Origin: an uncultured Verrucomicrobiota bacterium
Lineage (GTDB): Bacteria; Verrucomicrobiota; Verrucomicrobiia; Limisphaerales; UBA1412
Length of the DNA stretch: 64,000 nt
Assembly: GCA_944389455.1 (NCBI GenBank)
Contig: CALXMK010000001.1
Location: forward strand, 132,249-196,248
Direction: 5' to 3'
A program made the position numbers and the translations under genes. Shown here in pieces: positions 1-9,195 of the stretch; position 1 is the first letter of the stretch, and every line of letters starts with the position of its first letter. The notes below the pieces were generated by a model. It was not told the DNA's origin. It was given only the letters and a program-made list of their open reading frames with translations, and made no database searches.

Positions 1-320
1 GCAAGAAAAACATCTTGAATCATTTTACCTAAAAGAGACCATTTAGGATATCTATCATAGAAATGGGTAATTTCATCGATACGCGTTCCACAACCGATAG
101 GATCAAAGGTGACTACAAGAAAACCAGCTTGAGCAATCGCAAAAAATGGAGGTTCTCCTCGCAATTCTGAGCAAGTATATCCTCCTGGAACAGAAAATCC
201 TGGTTGCCAAATAACAACGGGCATATTGGTTTGGCTAAAATCTGCACCCTCTGGATAATAATAGTCGATCTGAACTCCATTTGATAAACGAAGACCTCCT
301 TTAGATAATGTGGGAGGAGT
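1..320 (-). pseudogene. 3' portion of an apparently disrupted two-domain esterase gene: open frame for an alpha/beta-hydrolase (dienelactone-hydrolase-like) domain that runs off the left window edge
   Basis: Hand translation of the minus strand, in the same frame as ORF 333..2006, gives LLPHYLKGGLRLSNGVQIDYYYPEGADFSQTNMPVVIWQPGFSVPGGYTCSELRGEPPFFAIAQAGFLVVTFDPIGCGTRIDEITHFYDRYPKWSLLGKMIQDVFLA... Coding-like sequence starts directly after the TGA at 321-323. The first ATG is only at 222-224 and would truncate the fold. Not in the ORF track because it is incomplete. Confidence 0.45.
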
Positions 321-332
321 CATTGCTCGTCT

Positions 333-2006
333 CATTCGAATGGAGATTTGAGATGCTTCTTTTTCAAATTCTACTTCTTGAGGGAAAAAGGCAGGAGGTG
401 TGCCTAAAACCCAGCGAACTTGTTCATAGATTTCATTTTGGCGTTCTGTCCATTGAAAAATATTAGTAATGGGATCTCCTGATGCAGTGGAATAAAGGTA
501 TTTCTCGTTTCGTTCCGGGTAGGTGAGAGGGTAAACTTTATCTATTGCTCCTGCAGTTTTAAGCCATTGTTCATAAGTAGGATAGAAGTTTTTTTGAGTG
601 GGAAAAGTTTTTTCTAATCCCCATTGATATTCAATCCAATCCAGAGAAGTTTCAATTTGATGACGATTGAAAAACTGTTCATCAACAACTTGAAAAAAGA
701 GACGGAGTGGTGAGGCTCCTAATCGGAGATATGTTCTGCGGAGCAGATCTATTGCGAATTCATTTCCCCAAACACTTTCTAATGGATCATTTTTTAGTGT
801 TGCAACATATAAAGCTCTAGGGGCAATACATGCAGCCATATCAGTTTGCTCAAAGGGCAGATAGTTTTCTCTTCCGGAGAAAAATCTAAGTCTAGGATGA
901 AACCAGGTTGGGTTTTCTCGAGTTATTCCTTCAATTCCTTGGGCATTTTGAATTTCAGATAGCATTCGAAATGGGGTAAAGCCTCCTAATCCTGGTGAAA
1001 AAGCAATTGTAGCTGATATACGAGTATCAGCTCCAGCTGCGCAAATAGCAGATTTAGCATAGAATCCTTCTCCTACAATGCCAATGCGGGTTTTATCTAT
1101 TTGAGGCAACATGCTCAGATAGTCAGCAACACGCCGAGCACTCCAGGCTTCTTTGCAGAGATCATGCCAATCTGCATTCATCCATAGAGAAAGAGTATTG
1201 ACTGCATTTGTGCCAGATCCTAATTCAGGAAGGCTTTCTCCATCGAGTCCTTTCCCTCTCGAATAGAGACAAACGATAAATCCTCTTTGAACAGCTGCTT
1301 GTGCCCACTCGTTTGAATGAGTTTTATTAGAACTCATGTTTTCATTATAGGCAGGAATGATAAGAGCTGGGAAAAGTTTATTGGCAACAGTATATGGAAA
1401 GAGTATTTTAACATTGATTTCAGCATTTATATCCTCTCCCATTCTCAGAATTACCTCTTGCGAAATTCCATTTTGAAAACGAGTTTGCTTTTGTTGAAGA
1501 ATTGGAATGATATTTTTGGGTGCAGGTGGGGATGATCCCAAAACCCACCAGGCGTAGTTACTTATGAGTGCATTCCTCCGTATATTCCATCGTTTGAGAA
1601 GTAGATCTGATGGCATTGTTGGCGCAACAACGAGTCCCCTTAGCGGATCGGGCAAAAAGGGAGTAGGAAGGAGATACGAGGTTTGGTATTCATCATTAGA
1701 TAAATCCTTATCTACAGAAAAGGTTAATTCTTCAAAATCAGGAGGAAGCTCCTGAGTTTTTTGTTGCCAATAATAAAAATATTCTGAAATTGGAATTTGT
1801 TTTTTTAAAGTTTCCCAATTTTCTAATCTACGAGTATAGGATTCTTGCTGTGAGCGAATGGTGCCAATAATGTTGGATGAAGATTCATTCGTTTTACTAT
1901 TATTTTGATTGATCTGTGCGCAAACGGAACTTAAATTTCCAGAGATTACAAATAAACAGATGATTAAGATAGTAGGCAGAAAACTGAATTTAATCTTTCC
2001 AAACAT
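333..2006 (-). CDS. secreted CE15 (glucuronoyl esterase)-like alpha/beta hydrolase, nucleophile Ser apparently replaced by Gly
   Basis: Uninterrupted 557-codon ORF (ATG 2004-2006, TGA 333-335), translated by hand codon by codon and absent from the supplied track. Signal peptide MFGKIKFSFLPTILIICLFVISGNLSSVCAQ. The blocks EAWSARRVADYL, IDKTRIGIVGEGFYAKSAICAAGADTRISATIAFSPGLGG, ENPTWF and PFEQTDMAACIAPRALYV line up with the conserved CE15 blocks as I remember them (..RIGVTGCSRxGKGA..TIPQESGAGG.., ..PFDQHxLAALIAPRxL..). Confidence 0.6.
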
Positions 2007-2045
2007 GATATTATTTTATCGTAGGCTTAGTTTGAGTCTATAATT

Positions 2046-2082
2046 GTAGAAAAGGCAACAAGGTGGAGATACTTGCTGCCTT
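2046..2082 (-). terminator. intrinsic terminator after skp
   Basis: Minus-strand hairpin AAGGCAGCAAG/CTTGTTGCCTT (2052-2062 pairs with 2072-2082, one mismatch, 9-nt loop) followed by TTTTCT. Confidence 0.5.
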
Positions 2083-2110
2083 CCAAATTCAGAGGATGGG
2101 TAAAATTAGA

Positions 2111-2743
2111 TCATTGATCTGTGACATTAAGCGTACTTGTAATAGGAGATTCTTCCATTTGTTTTAAAATGTCAGCAGGAGCATTTGCATTAAGTTGCTT
2201 AAGAATATCTTGAGTTAAATCATCTTTTCCATCTGTATAGACTAAGATTTTAGTGCGATCAGCACTATCAGCTCCAACATCAAAAACCATGGAGTATCCA
2301 CCGCTTTGAGCTCGTTTAGCGACGAGTTCTGTTATTTCTTTAATAATGTTAGTTCTATGACGACGCTGTTGTTCTAATAGTGCAGTGCGGGCACTGCGTT
2401 CAAATTGAGTTATTGCAGCTTCAATATTTTTAATTTCCATGAGGGTTTCTTCTGCTTCTGCTTTACGCAGTGCTTTTGTCTCGGCTGTAATAGTAGGATC
2501 ATCTACTTTAGCCAAAGCAGCATTATATTTTTCTGTGAGGGACTTATATTCATCTTGATACTTTTTGCCCTCGGCATCGAATTCGCTTGCTCTTGCCTTA
2601 ATTTCGTTATCTGCTTGTTTTGTTTTAAAATAGCCATCAAAAAGGAGACGGATATTGACAGTAGCCAGTTTTTGAGCGGTTTGTGCTTCCGCACAGAAAG
2701 CAAATGCCACTGAAGCGATTAGAATGATTACTGTTTTTTTCAT
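2111..2743 (-). CDS. skp: periplasmic chaperone OmpH/Skp
   Basis: Signal peptide MKKTVIILIASVAFAFCAEAQ followed by a K/E/A-rich coiled-coil protein, immediately downstream of bamA. The track start at 2761 is GTG; the ATG at 2741-2743 gives a canonical signal peptide. Confidence 0.75.
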   Translation of the reverse strand: MKKTVIILIASVAFAFCAEAQTAQKLATVNIRLLFDGYFKTKQADNEIKARASEFDAEGKKYQDEYKSLTEKYNAALAKVDDPTITAETKALRKAEAEETLMEIKNIEAAITQFERSARTALLEQQRRHRTNIIKEITELVAKRAQSGGYSMVFDVGADSADRTKILVYTDGKDDLTQDILKQLNANAPADILKQMEESPITSTLNVTDQ

Positions 2744-2798
2744 TTTAATAAAAGAATTCACTTATCTAATTGTATCTATACTATATTGGTTAAAAGAG

Positions 2799-5171
2799 TT
2801 AAAATTGGCGAGCATATCCAACACTGAAATTGAATTGCCCTCCAGAACTTTTATTATTGCCATTAATAGGAATACCATAGTCAAAGCGAAGAGGACCAAG
2901 CATAGGAATATTCAGGCGCAAACCCAAGCCAATATTATCAGCCCACCCTAATTCCCCATATGTAGGGTCGGTGCGATGGGTTGGATCAAAATCGTATGCA
3001 TCTGGATTTACCCACCCTATATCATAGAATGCTGCAGCGCGAAGGTATTCTTGAATGATTGGAACAGAATATTCAATGCTAGCAAAAACATAGGTTTGTC
3101 CACCTACAGGTTCCCCATTAATCATGGGGCCAAGATGCCGATATTTATAGCCACGCATGTCATAAGCTCCTCCTAAATAGAATTTTTCATAGAATGGAAT
3201 ACGACTGGAGTTATTGTATGTATCCATGGTGCCTATTCGTCCCATAATTTCAATAACATCTCCTTCACCAAATCCTTTAAAGTACCAAGCAGTTCGGAGC
3301 TCCAATTTATAAAAGTCAAAGTCTCCCCCTAGAGGACCGCCAGCGAATTCTGGCATAAATTCGGTTCTTTGCCCTCCGTTAGGCAGTCGAGTTGAATTTC
3401 TTGTATCATAGGCAATAGAGGGCATGATTTTAGATATAAGATTAGACCCTTCTTCTTGTTTAATGACATAGGGAGCATTTTCCGTAATGTCTTTGATACT
3501 GATGTTTTCAAGGGAATATCCGATGCTTCCTATCCAAAAATCATTCCAAAGAGTTCTAGAAAGTCCTACATTGCCTCCTAAAATCTCTTCTTCATATTCA
3601 TCAGAATAGTAATTGATTTGCCTCCAATAAAGATCTGTACTTAGTGCTAATTTACGATCAAAGAGCCATGGTTCAACAAAAGAAAGGATATAATCCTGCC
3701 GTTCAGTACCTAAAGTTGTACGTAAACGCATTTTTTGTCCCCCTCCTGTAAAGTGAGGTGGTTTGAAGAGATCAAAGTTGCTTTGTGATACTTCAGCGTA
3801 GCCGAAGAGATTATCTACAGTACTGAATCCGGCTCCTACCATAAGATTAGCTGTCTGAGCCTCTTCAACATTAATGATTAAATTTTTACGGTCAGGAATG
3901 TCTGTAGGTTCCGGTTGAGGATCGACTTTAGAAAAGTACTGTAAACCGTCTAAGCGTCGTTTGCTCAATTCAACTCGAGTCATATCAAATACTTCTCCTG
4001 GAGTAATAGCTAATTCCCGACGAATTACCTTATCTTTAGTTTTGGTATTTCCTCGAATTTCGATTTTTTCAACATATGATTTATTTTTTTCATTAATACG
4101 AAAAACTAAATCAATGGTAGAATTTTCTACATTAGCTATCTTGATTGCGGAGACAGATGCATCAATATATCCTCTGGACCCATAGAATGTTTCAATTGCG
4201 GAAATATCATCGCTAAGAGCTTTAGGAGAGAAAACTTCTCCTTCTGTTAAAGAAACCTTTTTAAGCTCTCCTTCCGAATAAACCCCTCGCAGAATTTCAT
4301 CAGAACTGAAAAGTTTATTTCCTTCGAATGTAACGTTACCGACTCGATATAATTGACCTTCTGTAACATCAAAGTGAACAATCATCCGTTTGTCATTTAC
4401 GATTTCAGTAGTGATATCATTGATTTTGAAATCGAGATAACCAGCATTATGGTAAAGATTGATTAATTTTTCGCGATCTTCTACTAGCTGTTCATCTTTT
4501 AACGTTCCGCTACCAGTAATGAAGGAGAATAACCAAAATTTACGGGTCTTAACAGTCTTTCTCAGTTTCTGTTGCTTAAACGCATTAGCTCCATCAAACA
4601 GGACTTTTTTGATTTTGATTTTTGGAGCTTCTACAATTTCAAAAGTTACAGTAGCGCGTCCAGCTTTTTCATCTACGTTTGAAATATATTTAACAGTGGT
4701 TTTTTGGCGTCCGCTCCGCTGGTATTTTTTTAAGATCTCTTGAGTGTCTTTGAAAAGTTTATGTTCATCTAGCGGTTCGCCTATTTTTGAAGAGATTTTT
4801 TTAAGTAAAATTCTTTTAGAATAATGTTCATTACCGATAAATTGGATATCAGTAAGCGTTGGTTTTGCCTGGACCCAGAAGGTAAGAGCAACATCATTGT
4901 ATCCGATTTTTTCTTCTCCAACTCGTATATTATAGAAATATCCTGTTGCGTAGAGATTTTTGATACTGTCATCTATTGATGATCTGATATATTGATCTCC
5001 AGGTTTAATTCGTATATTAGAGCGAATGTAATCGTCGTTGGTAGCTTGGGGACCTACGTGAGAGATGTTAATTTTTTGGACAGTCGCAATAGATTCTTGA
5101 GCATGGAGGGAAATTGCACTATTCAGCATTAGAAGCGCTATAATAATGCTGTATACCCTTAGTTTTCTCAT
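2799..5171 (-). CDS. bamA: outer membrane protein assembly factor BamA (Omp85)
   Basis: About 790 aa with POTRA-type repeats and a C-terminal beta-barrel ending ..GGQFNFSVGYARQF. Signal peptide MRKLRVYSIIIALLMLNSAISLHAQ from the ATG at 5169-5171. The track start at 5195 would overlap the dnaB stop. Confidence 0.9.
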   Translation of the reverse strand: MRKLRVYSIIIALLMLNSAISLHAQESIATVQKINISHVGPQATNDDYIRSNIRIKPGDQYIRSSIDDSIKNLYATGYFYNIRVGEEKIGYNDVALTFWVQAKPTLTDIQFIGNEHYSKRILLKKISSKIGEPLDEHKLFKDTQEILKKYQRSGRQKTTVKYISNVDEKAGRATVTFEIVEAPKIKIKKVLFDGANAFKQQKLRKTVKTRKFWLFSFITGSGTLKDEQLVEDREKLINLYHNAGYLDFKINDITTEIVNDKRMIVHFDVTEGQLYRVGNVTFEGNKLFSSDEILRGVYSEGELKKVSLTEGEVFSPKALSDDISAIETFYGSRGYIDASVSAIKIANVENSTIDLVFRINEKNKSYVEKIEIRGNTKTKDKVIRRELAITPGEVFDMTRVELSKRRLDGLQYFSKVDPQPEPTDIPDRKNLIINVEEAQTANLMVGAGFSTVDNLFGYAEVSQSNFDLFKPPHFTGGGQKMRLRTTLGTERQDYILSFVEPWLFDRKLALSTDLYWRQINYYSDEYEEEILGGNVGLSRTLWNDFWIGSIGYSLENISIKDITENAPYVIKQEEGSNLISKIMPSIAYDTRNSTRLPNGGQRTEFMPEFAGGPLGGDFDFYKLELRTAWYFKGFGEGDVIEIMGRIGTMDTYNNSSRIPFYEKFYLGGAYDMRGYKYRHLGPMINGEPVGGQTYVFASIEYSVPIIQEYLRAAAFYDIGWVNPDAYDFDPTHRTDPTYGELGWADNIGLGLRLNIPMLGPLRFDYGIPINGNNKSSGGQFNFSVGYARQF

Positions 5172-5184
5172 ATAAGTCGTTTTC

Positions 5185-6789
5185 CTATTGCACATCTTCT
5201 TGACGTACTCGTGCTACATTCTCAAAACGAGTGTAATTTTTCAAGAAAATTAAATCTACATCTCCTGTTGGACCATTTCTTTGTTTGGCGATAATCAGTT
5301 TTACCTCTACTGCCATATTAAATTTAGATTCTTCTGGCTCTTCATCAATGTCTTCTTGTCTAGAGTACTTATCTGTCTTTTTGTCAGGACGATAAATTAG
5401 AAGAACAAGGTCGGCGTCTTGTTCAATAGCTCCTGATTCTCTTAAGTCAGAAAGGCGAGGGGGGCGATTTTTTTCTTTTTCAACATCGCGATTTAGCTGG
5501 CTTAAGACAATGATTGGAACATTTAGTTCTTTAGCTAAACTCTTAATTCCATTTGAGATATCTGCGATTTCTTGTTGTCTGTTATTGTCTGCACGAGCTG
5601 AAGTGGAGTGTAAAAGTTGTAAGTAATCAATAACAAAGAGCTTAATTCCCTTTTCCATCATACGTCTGGCTCGGCTGCGTAAATTAAGAATACTTAATCC
5701 AGGAGTATCATCAATATGTATGGGGGCAGAGGAGAGTTTCCCTGCTTGATTTGTCATTCGAGTAAGGTCTTGAACAGAAAGTGTTCCTGTGCGAATATCT
5801 TGCATGCTGACTTTTGTTTGAGAACAAAGCATACGCATAACTAGCGATTCAGCAGTCATTTCCAAGCTAAAAATTCCGACGGGAATACCTAAATCAATAG
5901 CAATATGTTCGGCCATATTCATAGCTAGTGAAGTTTTTCCCATAGAAGGACGTGCAGCAATAACAATCATTTCTCCACCGTGTAGGCCAGAAGTCATTTT
6001 GTCTAGTTGAGGATAGCCTGTAGATAATCCCGTAAGGTCTCCTTTGCGTTCGAGATAATTTTGAACAACATTGAATGTTTCTACAACAAGAGATTGCATA
6101 TCTCTTGTGGATGTTTGAACCCATTCCCCATTGATGCGTAAAATTTCTTTTTCAGCTTTATCCATCAATGTTTCGACATTTGTTGGATTAGAATATACAT
6201 CTTCAGCTAGTTCATAGCAGATTTGAACTAAGCTTCTCAGAAGATATTTTTCACGTAGAATATTTAGATAATAACCAATATTCAATGGAGAAGGAGGAGT
6301 GTCTTTAAGAGAGGAGATATAAGCAATACCACCGGCTGCATCTAAAAGCTTTTTGTCATTAAGCCATTGGACAAGGGTTAAGTCATCAATTGCCATGCCG
6401 TTTTCATACATATGAAGCATCTGTGAAATTAATACTTGATGACGTATATCGTAAAAAATATTATCTATATTATTCTTCCCTTTAAGTTTTGAGATGAAAA
6501 GAGTAAGATTATTTTTTGGATCCAACATAATACATCCTAGAACTCCTTGTTCTGCTTCCATAGAAAAGGGTGGTTGGCGCCCATTGACTGGAGGAGATGG
6601 TAAAATATCAGCAGAGCTTCTTTGTAGACGGGTACGAGAACGTCTAACTGCTTTATTTTGAAATGGATTATTGTTTTGTTCTGTTGGGGGAATTATAGAT
6701 TTTTCTTCCGCAGCAATTTCAATAGGAGTTTCTGTTATTGGTAGAGAATTGTTTTCTGAGAATGAGTTTTGTTGATAATTTTGCTCCAT
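5185..6789 (-). CDS. dnaB: replicative DNA helicase DnaB
   Basis: N-domain EAEQGVLGCIMLD, Walker A ARPSMGKTS, IDYLQLL, LSQLNRDVE and KQRNGPTG motifs. Has a low-complexity N-terminal extension. Confidence 0.95.
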   Translation of the reverse strand: MEQNYQQNSFSENNSLPITETPIEIAAEEKSIIPPTEQNNNPFQNKAVRRSRTRLQRSSADILPSPPVNGRQPPFSMEAEQGVLGCIMLDPKNNLTLFISKLKGKNNIDNIFYDIRHQVLISQMLHMYENGMAIDDLTLVQWLNDKKLLDAAGGIAYISSLKDTPPSPLNIGYYLNILREKYLLRSLVQICYELAEDVYSNPTNVETLMDKAEKEILRINGEWVQTSTRDMQSLVVETFNVVQNYLERKGDLTGLSTGYPQLDKMTSGLHGGEMIVIAARPSMGKTSLAMNMAEHIAIDLGIPVGIFSLEMTAESLVMRMLCSQTKVSMQDIRTGTLSVQDLTRMTNQAGKLSSAPIHIDDTPGLSILNLRSRARRMMEKGIKLFVIDYLQLLHSTSARADNNRQQEIADISNGIKSLAKELNVPIIVLSQLNRDVEKEKNRPPRLSDLRESGAIEQDADLVLLIYRPDKKTDKYSRQEDIDEEPEESKFNMAVEVKLIIAKQRNGPTGDVDLIFLKNYTRFENVARVRQEDVQ

Positions 6790-6871
6790 AAGCTATGATA
6801 ATTATCGTAAAAATTTAATGATGTTCTTTAAGAAATAAAACTTTCCTCACAAATTTCCATGAAATTGAAAT

Positions 6872-7369
6872 TTATTCCATACGTTTAAATTTCATTTCGT
6901 TACCGTTTTTGTCATATTTTTTCCGCTTCCCAGTAATAGATTCTATTTCGATTTCCCAAACAGCCGTGCGAGAGAGGCTTCGCTCAATTGCATTATCAAA
7001 TTCTTTCATATTTAATGGTGTATATTTCTCACAAATCTTTCTTAAAGCAAGAATTTTTTCTTCTTCATTGAAAACTTCTTGTGCGATACCGTTGATAACA
7101 GCAGACTCATATTCTAGTGTGAACTTGTTTTCCATACAATGAATATCACCTACGCAGCTTAGGCATACTTGCGAATGCTGGCGAAGTGTTGAAATTTTTC
7201 GCCCTTCCTTTGCAGAATGAAAATAGATTTTATTTCCAATACGGACAATTGAGAGAGGAATGCAGTAAGGAGCGTTTTCTGAGGTTATCATCGAAAGAAC
7301 CGCGTAAGGGCATTTATCAAGGATTTGTAGCGCGAATAAAGAATCCATTTCTCTATCAATTCTTCGCAT
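6872..7369 (-). CDS. pyridoxamine 5'-phosphate oxidase-like FMN-binding protein (NimA-like)
   Basis: 165 aa with the split-barrel family pattern (..CPYAVLSMI..APYCIPLS..IYFHSAKEGRK..). Assigned by resemblance only. Confidence 0.55.
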   Translation of the reverse strand: MRRIDREMDSLFALQILDKCPYAVLSMITSENAPYCIPLSIVRIGNKIYFHSAKEGRKISTLRQHSQVCLSCVGDIHCMENKFTLEYESAVINGIAQEVFNEEEKILALRKICEKYTPLNMKEFDNAIERSLSRTAVWEIEIESITGKRKKYDKNGNEMKFKRME

Positions 7370-7424
7370 AGTTTGTAAAAATCAGAGTTTGAGAAAATAA
7401 TGAAAACAAGAATATATCACCGAC

Positions 7425-7500
7425 TGGTGGAGCCATGGGGGATCGAACCCCAGACCTTCTCATTGCGAACGAGACGCTCTACCAACTGAGCTATGACCCC
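7425..7500 (-). tRNA. tRNA-Ala (anticodon CGC)
   Basis: Folded by hand on the minus strand: GGGGTCA TA GCTC AGTTGGTA GAGC G TCTCG TTCGCAA TGAGA AGGTC TGGGG TTCGATC CCCCA TGGCTCC ACCA. The G3:U70 Ala identity pair is present and CCA is encoded. Confidence 0.95.
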
Positions 7501-7507
7501 AATGTAA

Positions 7508-7582
7508 TGGAGCCAGTGACCGGGCTTGAACCGGTGACCTGCGGTTTACGAAACCGCTGCTCTACCGCTGAGCTACACTGGC
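7508..7582 (-). tRNA. tRNA-Thr (anticodon CGT)
   Basis: Minus-strand cloverleaf GCCAGTG TA GCTC AGCGGTA GAGC A GCGGT TTCGTAA ACCGC AGGTC ACCGG TTCAAGC CCGGT CACTGGC T CCA. Lies 7 nt from tRNA-Ala. Confidence 0.93.
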
Positions 7583-7748
7583 GCATTCCTAAAAATGCTT
7601 AGGTACTCTCTCATAAAGAGCTCAATGGGTCAAGAATTTTTAGAATAGAAACAGGAAGTTATTATAAAAAAGAAATTCCTTTTCTTTAGATTTAGAAAGC
7701 TATAACATCATTGTTTGTTGGGGAATGTTTGTTCTCAACAATATCTAA

Positions 7749-8429
7749 ATGAATAAATCAGCAATTATCATTCGAGCAATTCCTTTTATTCTTTTTGTGT
7801 TGTTAACTTCTTTACAAGGAGAATGGGGAGAAGCCTCTCGATATTGGGTCTATATACTCAAAACGGGAATTGTAGGAGGGTGCATTATCTGGCTATGGCC
7901 ACGGATTCAGGAAATGCGTCCCATTTTCAGCTGGGAAGCGGTGTTTGCCGGAGTAGTGGTATTTATTTTGTGGGTAGGATTGGATCCTTTTTATCCAAAG
8001 TTAGGCGAGTTGTGGTCAATGGCTAGAGGAGAAGAATACGTTCCTTCACTTGTTTGGAATCCTTTTGCTTGTTTTGGCGAAACATCTTTTATTGCATGGA
8101 CTTGCGTATTAGTTAGGATTTTAAGTGCATCTTTACTTGTGCCTTTGGTTGAGGAAGTCTTTTATAGAAGTTTTTTATATCGTTTCATTATTAAAGAAAA
8201 GTTTGAAGAGATTCCACTGAAAGCTTTTTATCCGTTTTCATTTATAATTGTCAGTCTGCTATTTGGTTTTGTTCATCAGGAATGGATTGCAGGAGTTTTA
8301 TGTGGAATAATTTATCAGGGATTAGTTTGTTGGAAGGGGAGATTGGGAGATGCTATTGTTGCCCATGGATTAACAAATCTGTTATTGGGAGTGTGGGTTC
8401 CTTGGCAAAGAGCATGGAATTTTTGGTAA
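7749..8429 (+). CDS. CPBP-family intramembrane glutamic endopeptidase (CAAX protease-like)
   Basis: Polytopic membrane protein with the family motifs EEVFYRSFLY, FGFVHQ and AHGLTN. Confidence 0.75.
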   Translation: MNKSAIIIRAIPFILFVLLTSLQGEWGEASRYWVYILKTGIVGGCIIWLWPRIQEMRPIFSWEAVFAGVVVFILWVGLDPFYPKLGELWSMARGEEYVPSLVWNPFACFGETSFIAWTCVLVRILSASLLVPLVEEVFYRSFLYRFIIKEKFEEIPLKAFYPFSFIIVSLLFGFVHQEWIAGVLCGIIYQGLVCWKGRLGDAIVAHGLTNLLLGVWVPWQRAWNFW

Positions 8430-8458
8430 ATAGTTTTGGTAAATAGGATTATAAAAGG

Positions 8459-9193
8459 ATGAGCCAAATTTGGGAATTAATTGTAGGAGTATGTTATTCA
8501 TTGTTCCGAGGTGATTGGAAAATGAGTGACATTGTGAATCAAATATATTTAATTGGAGTAAGATCACAACTGGTTGTTATAGTAACGGGAGCTTTTACTG
8601 GTTTGGTTTTAGTAGCGCAAACTTATTTCCAGTTTCACAAGTTTGGAATGGATACAATGACTCTTGCAGTGAATAGTGTTGCAATGTGCAGTGAATTAGG
8701 ACCGGTTCTAGCGGCATTGATGGTTTCTGGAAGAGTAGGAGCAGCGATGGCTGCGGAACTAGGAACTATGAAAGTCTCTGAGCAGATAGATGCCTTAAGA
8801 ACTCTTAATACTCATCCTGTGGATTATTTGGTATTGCCCCGTATTGTTGCGACAACTATTGCCATGCCAGTATTAGTTTGTGAAGCCATAGCTGTTGGTA
8901 TTTTAGCTGGCTATTTTTTAGGCGTTTATATTTTAGGGATTGACCCTGTTTATTCTTGGGCAAATATGGTGAATATCACAAGTGTTGATAATGTGATTAC
9001 AGGCGTAATTAAAGGAATATTTTTTGGCTGTTTAATTTCATTTATAGGTTGTTATAAGGGTCTTTCCTGCAAAAATGGTGCCCAGGGAGTAGGAGAAGCT
9101 ACAACGGATACGGTGGTGTCTGCTTCTATTGCGGTTCTAATGTTAAATTTCTTTCTTACCTTAATTTTATCTAAAATTTTTGCTGTCTTATAG
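8459..9193 (+). CDS. mlaE: phospholipid ABC transporter permease MlaE
   Basis: 244-aa polytopic permease of MlaE/TTG2B type, first gene of the mlaE-mlaF-mlaD arrangement. Confidence 0.85.
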   Translation: MSQIWELIVGVCYSLFRGDWKMSDIVNQIYLIGVRSQLVVIVTGAFTGLVLVAQTYFQFHKFGMDTMTLAVNSVAMCSELGPVLAALMVSGRVGAAMAAELGTMKVSEQIDALRTLNTHPVDYLVLPRIVATTIAMPVLVCEAIAVGILAGYFLGVYILGIDPVYSWANMVNITSVDNVITGVIKGIFFGCLISFIGCYKGLSCKNGAQGVGEATTDTVVSASIAVLMLNFFLTLILSKIFAVL

Positions 9194-9195
9194 AG

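Noticed and set aside
321-335. Reading the two TGAs as sense codons (genetic code 4/25) or as selenocysteine
   Set aside because: TGA is an ordinary stop elsewhere in the window: plsX at 27392-27394, the esterase at 11534-11536 and the RicF-like gene at 11944-11946. Downstream of the TGAs only a 5-bp CCTCC/GGAGG pairing is available, which is not a convincing bacterial SECIS. Nothing else in the window points to Sec machinery.
1317-1755. Track ORFs 1317..1535 (+) and 1564..1755 (+)
   Set aside because: Both lie antisense inside the uninterrupted 557-codon minus-strand ORF 333..2006, which has clear family similarity. Their own sequences are low-complexity, so they are treated as shadow ORFs.
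5172-5195. Upstream start choices in the track (bamA 5195, radical SAM 54838, plsX 26306, gltA 29207, MFS 23241, skp 2761)
   Set aside because: The downstream ATGs give canonical signal peptides or N-termini and remove long overlaps with neighbouring genes. The track simply takes the first ATG/GTG/TTG after a stop.
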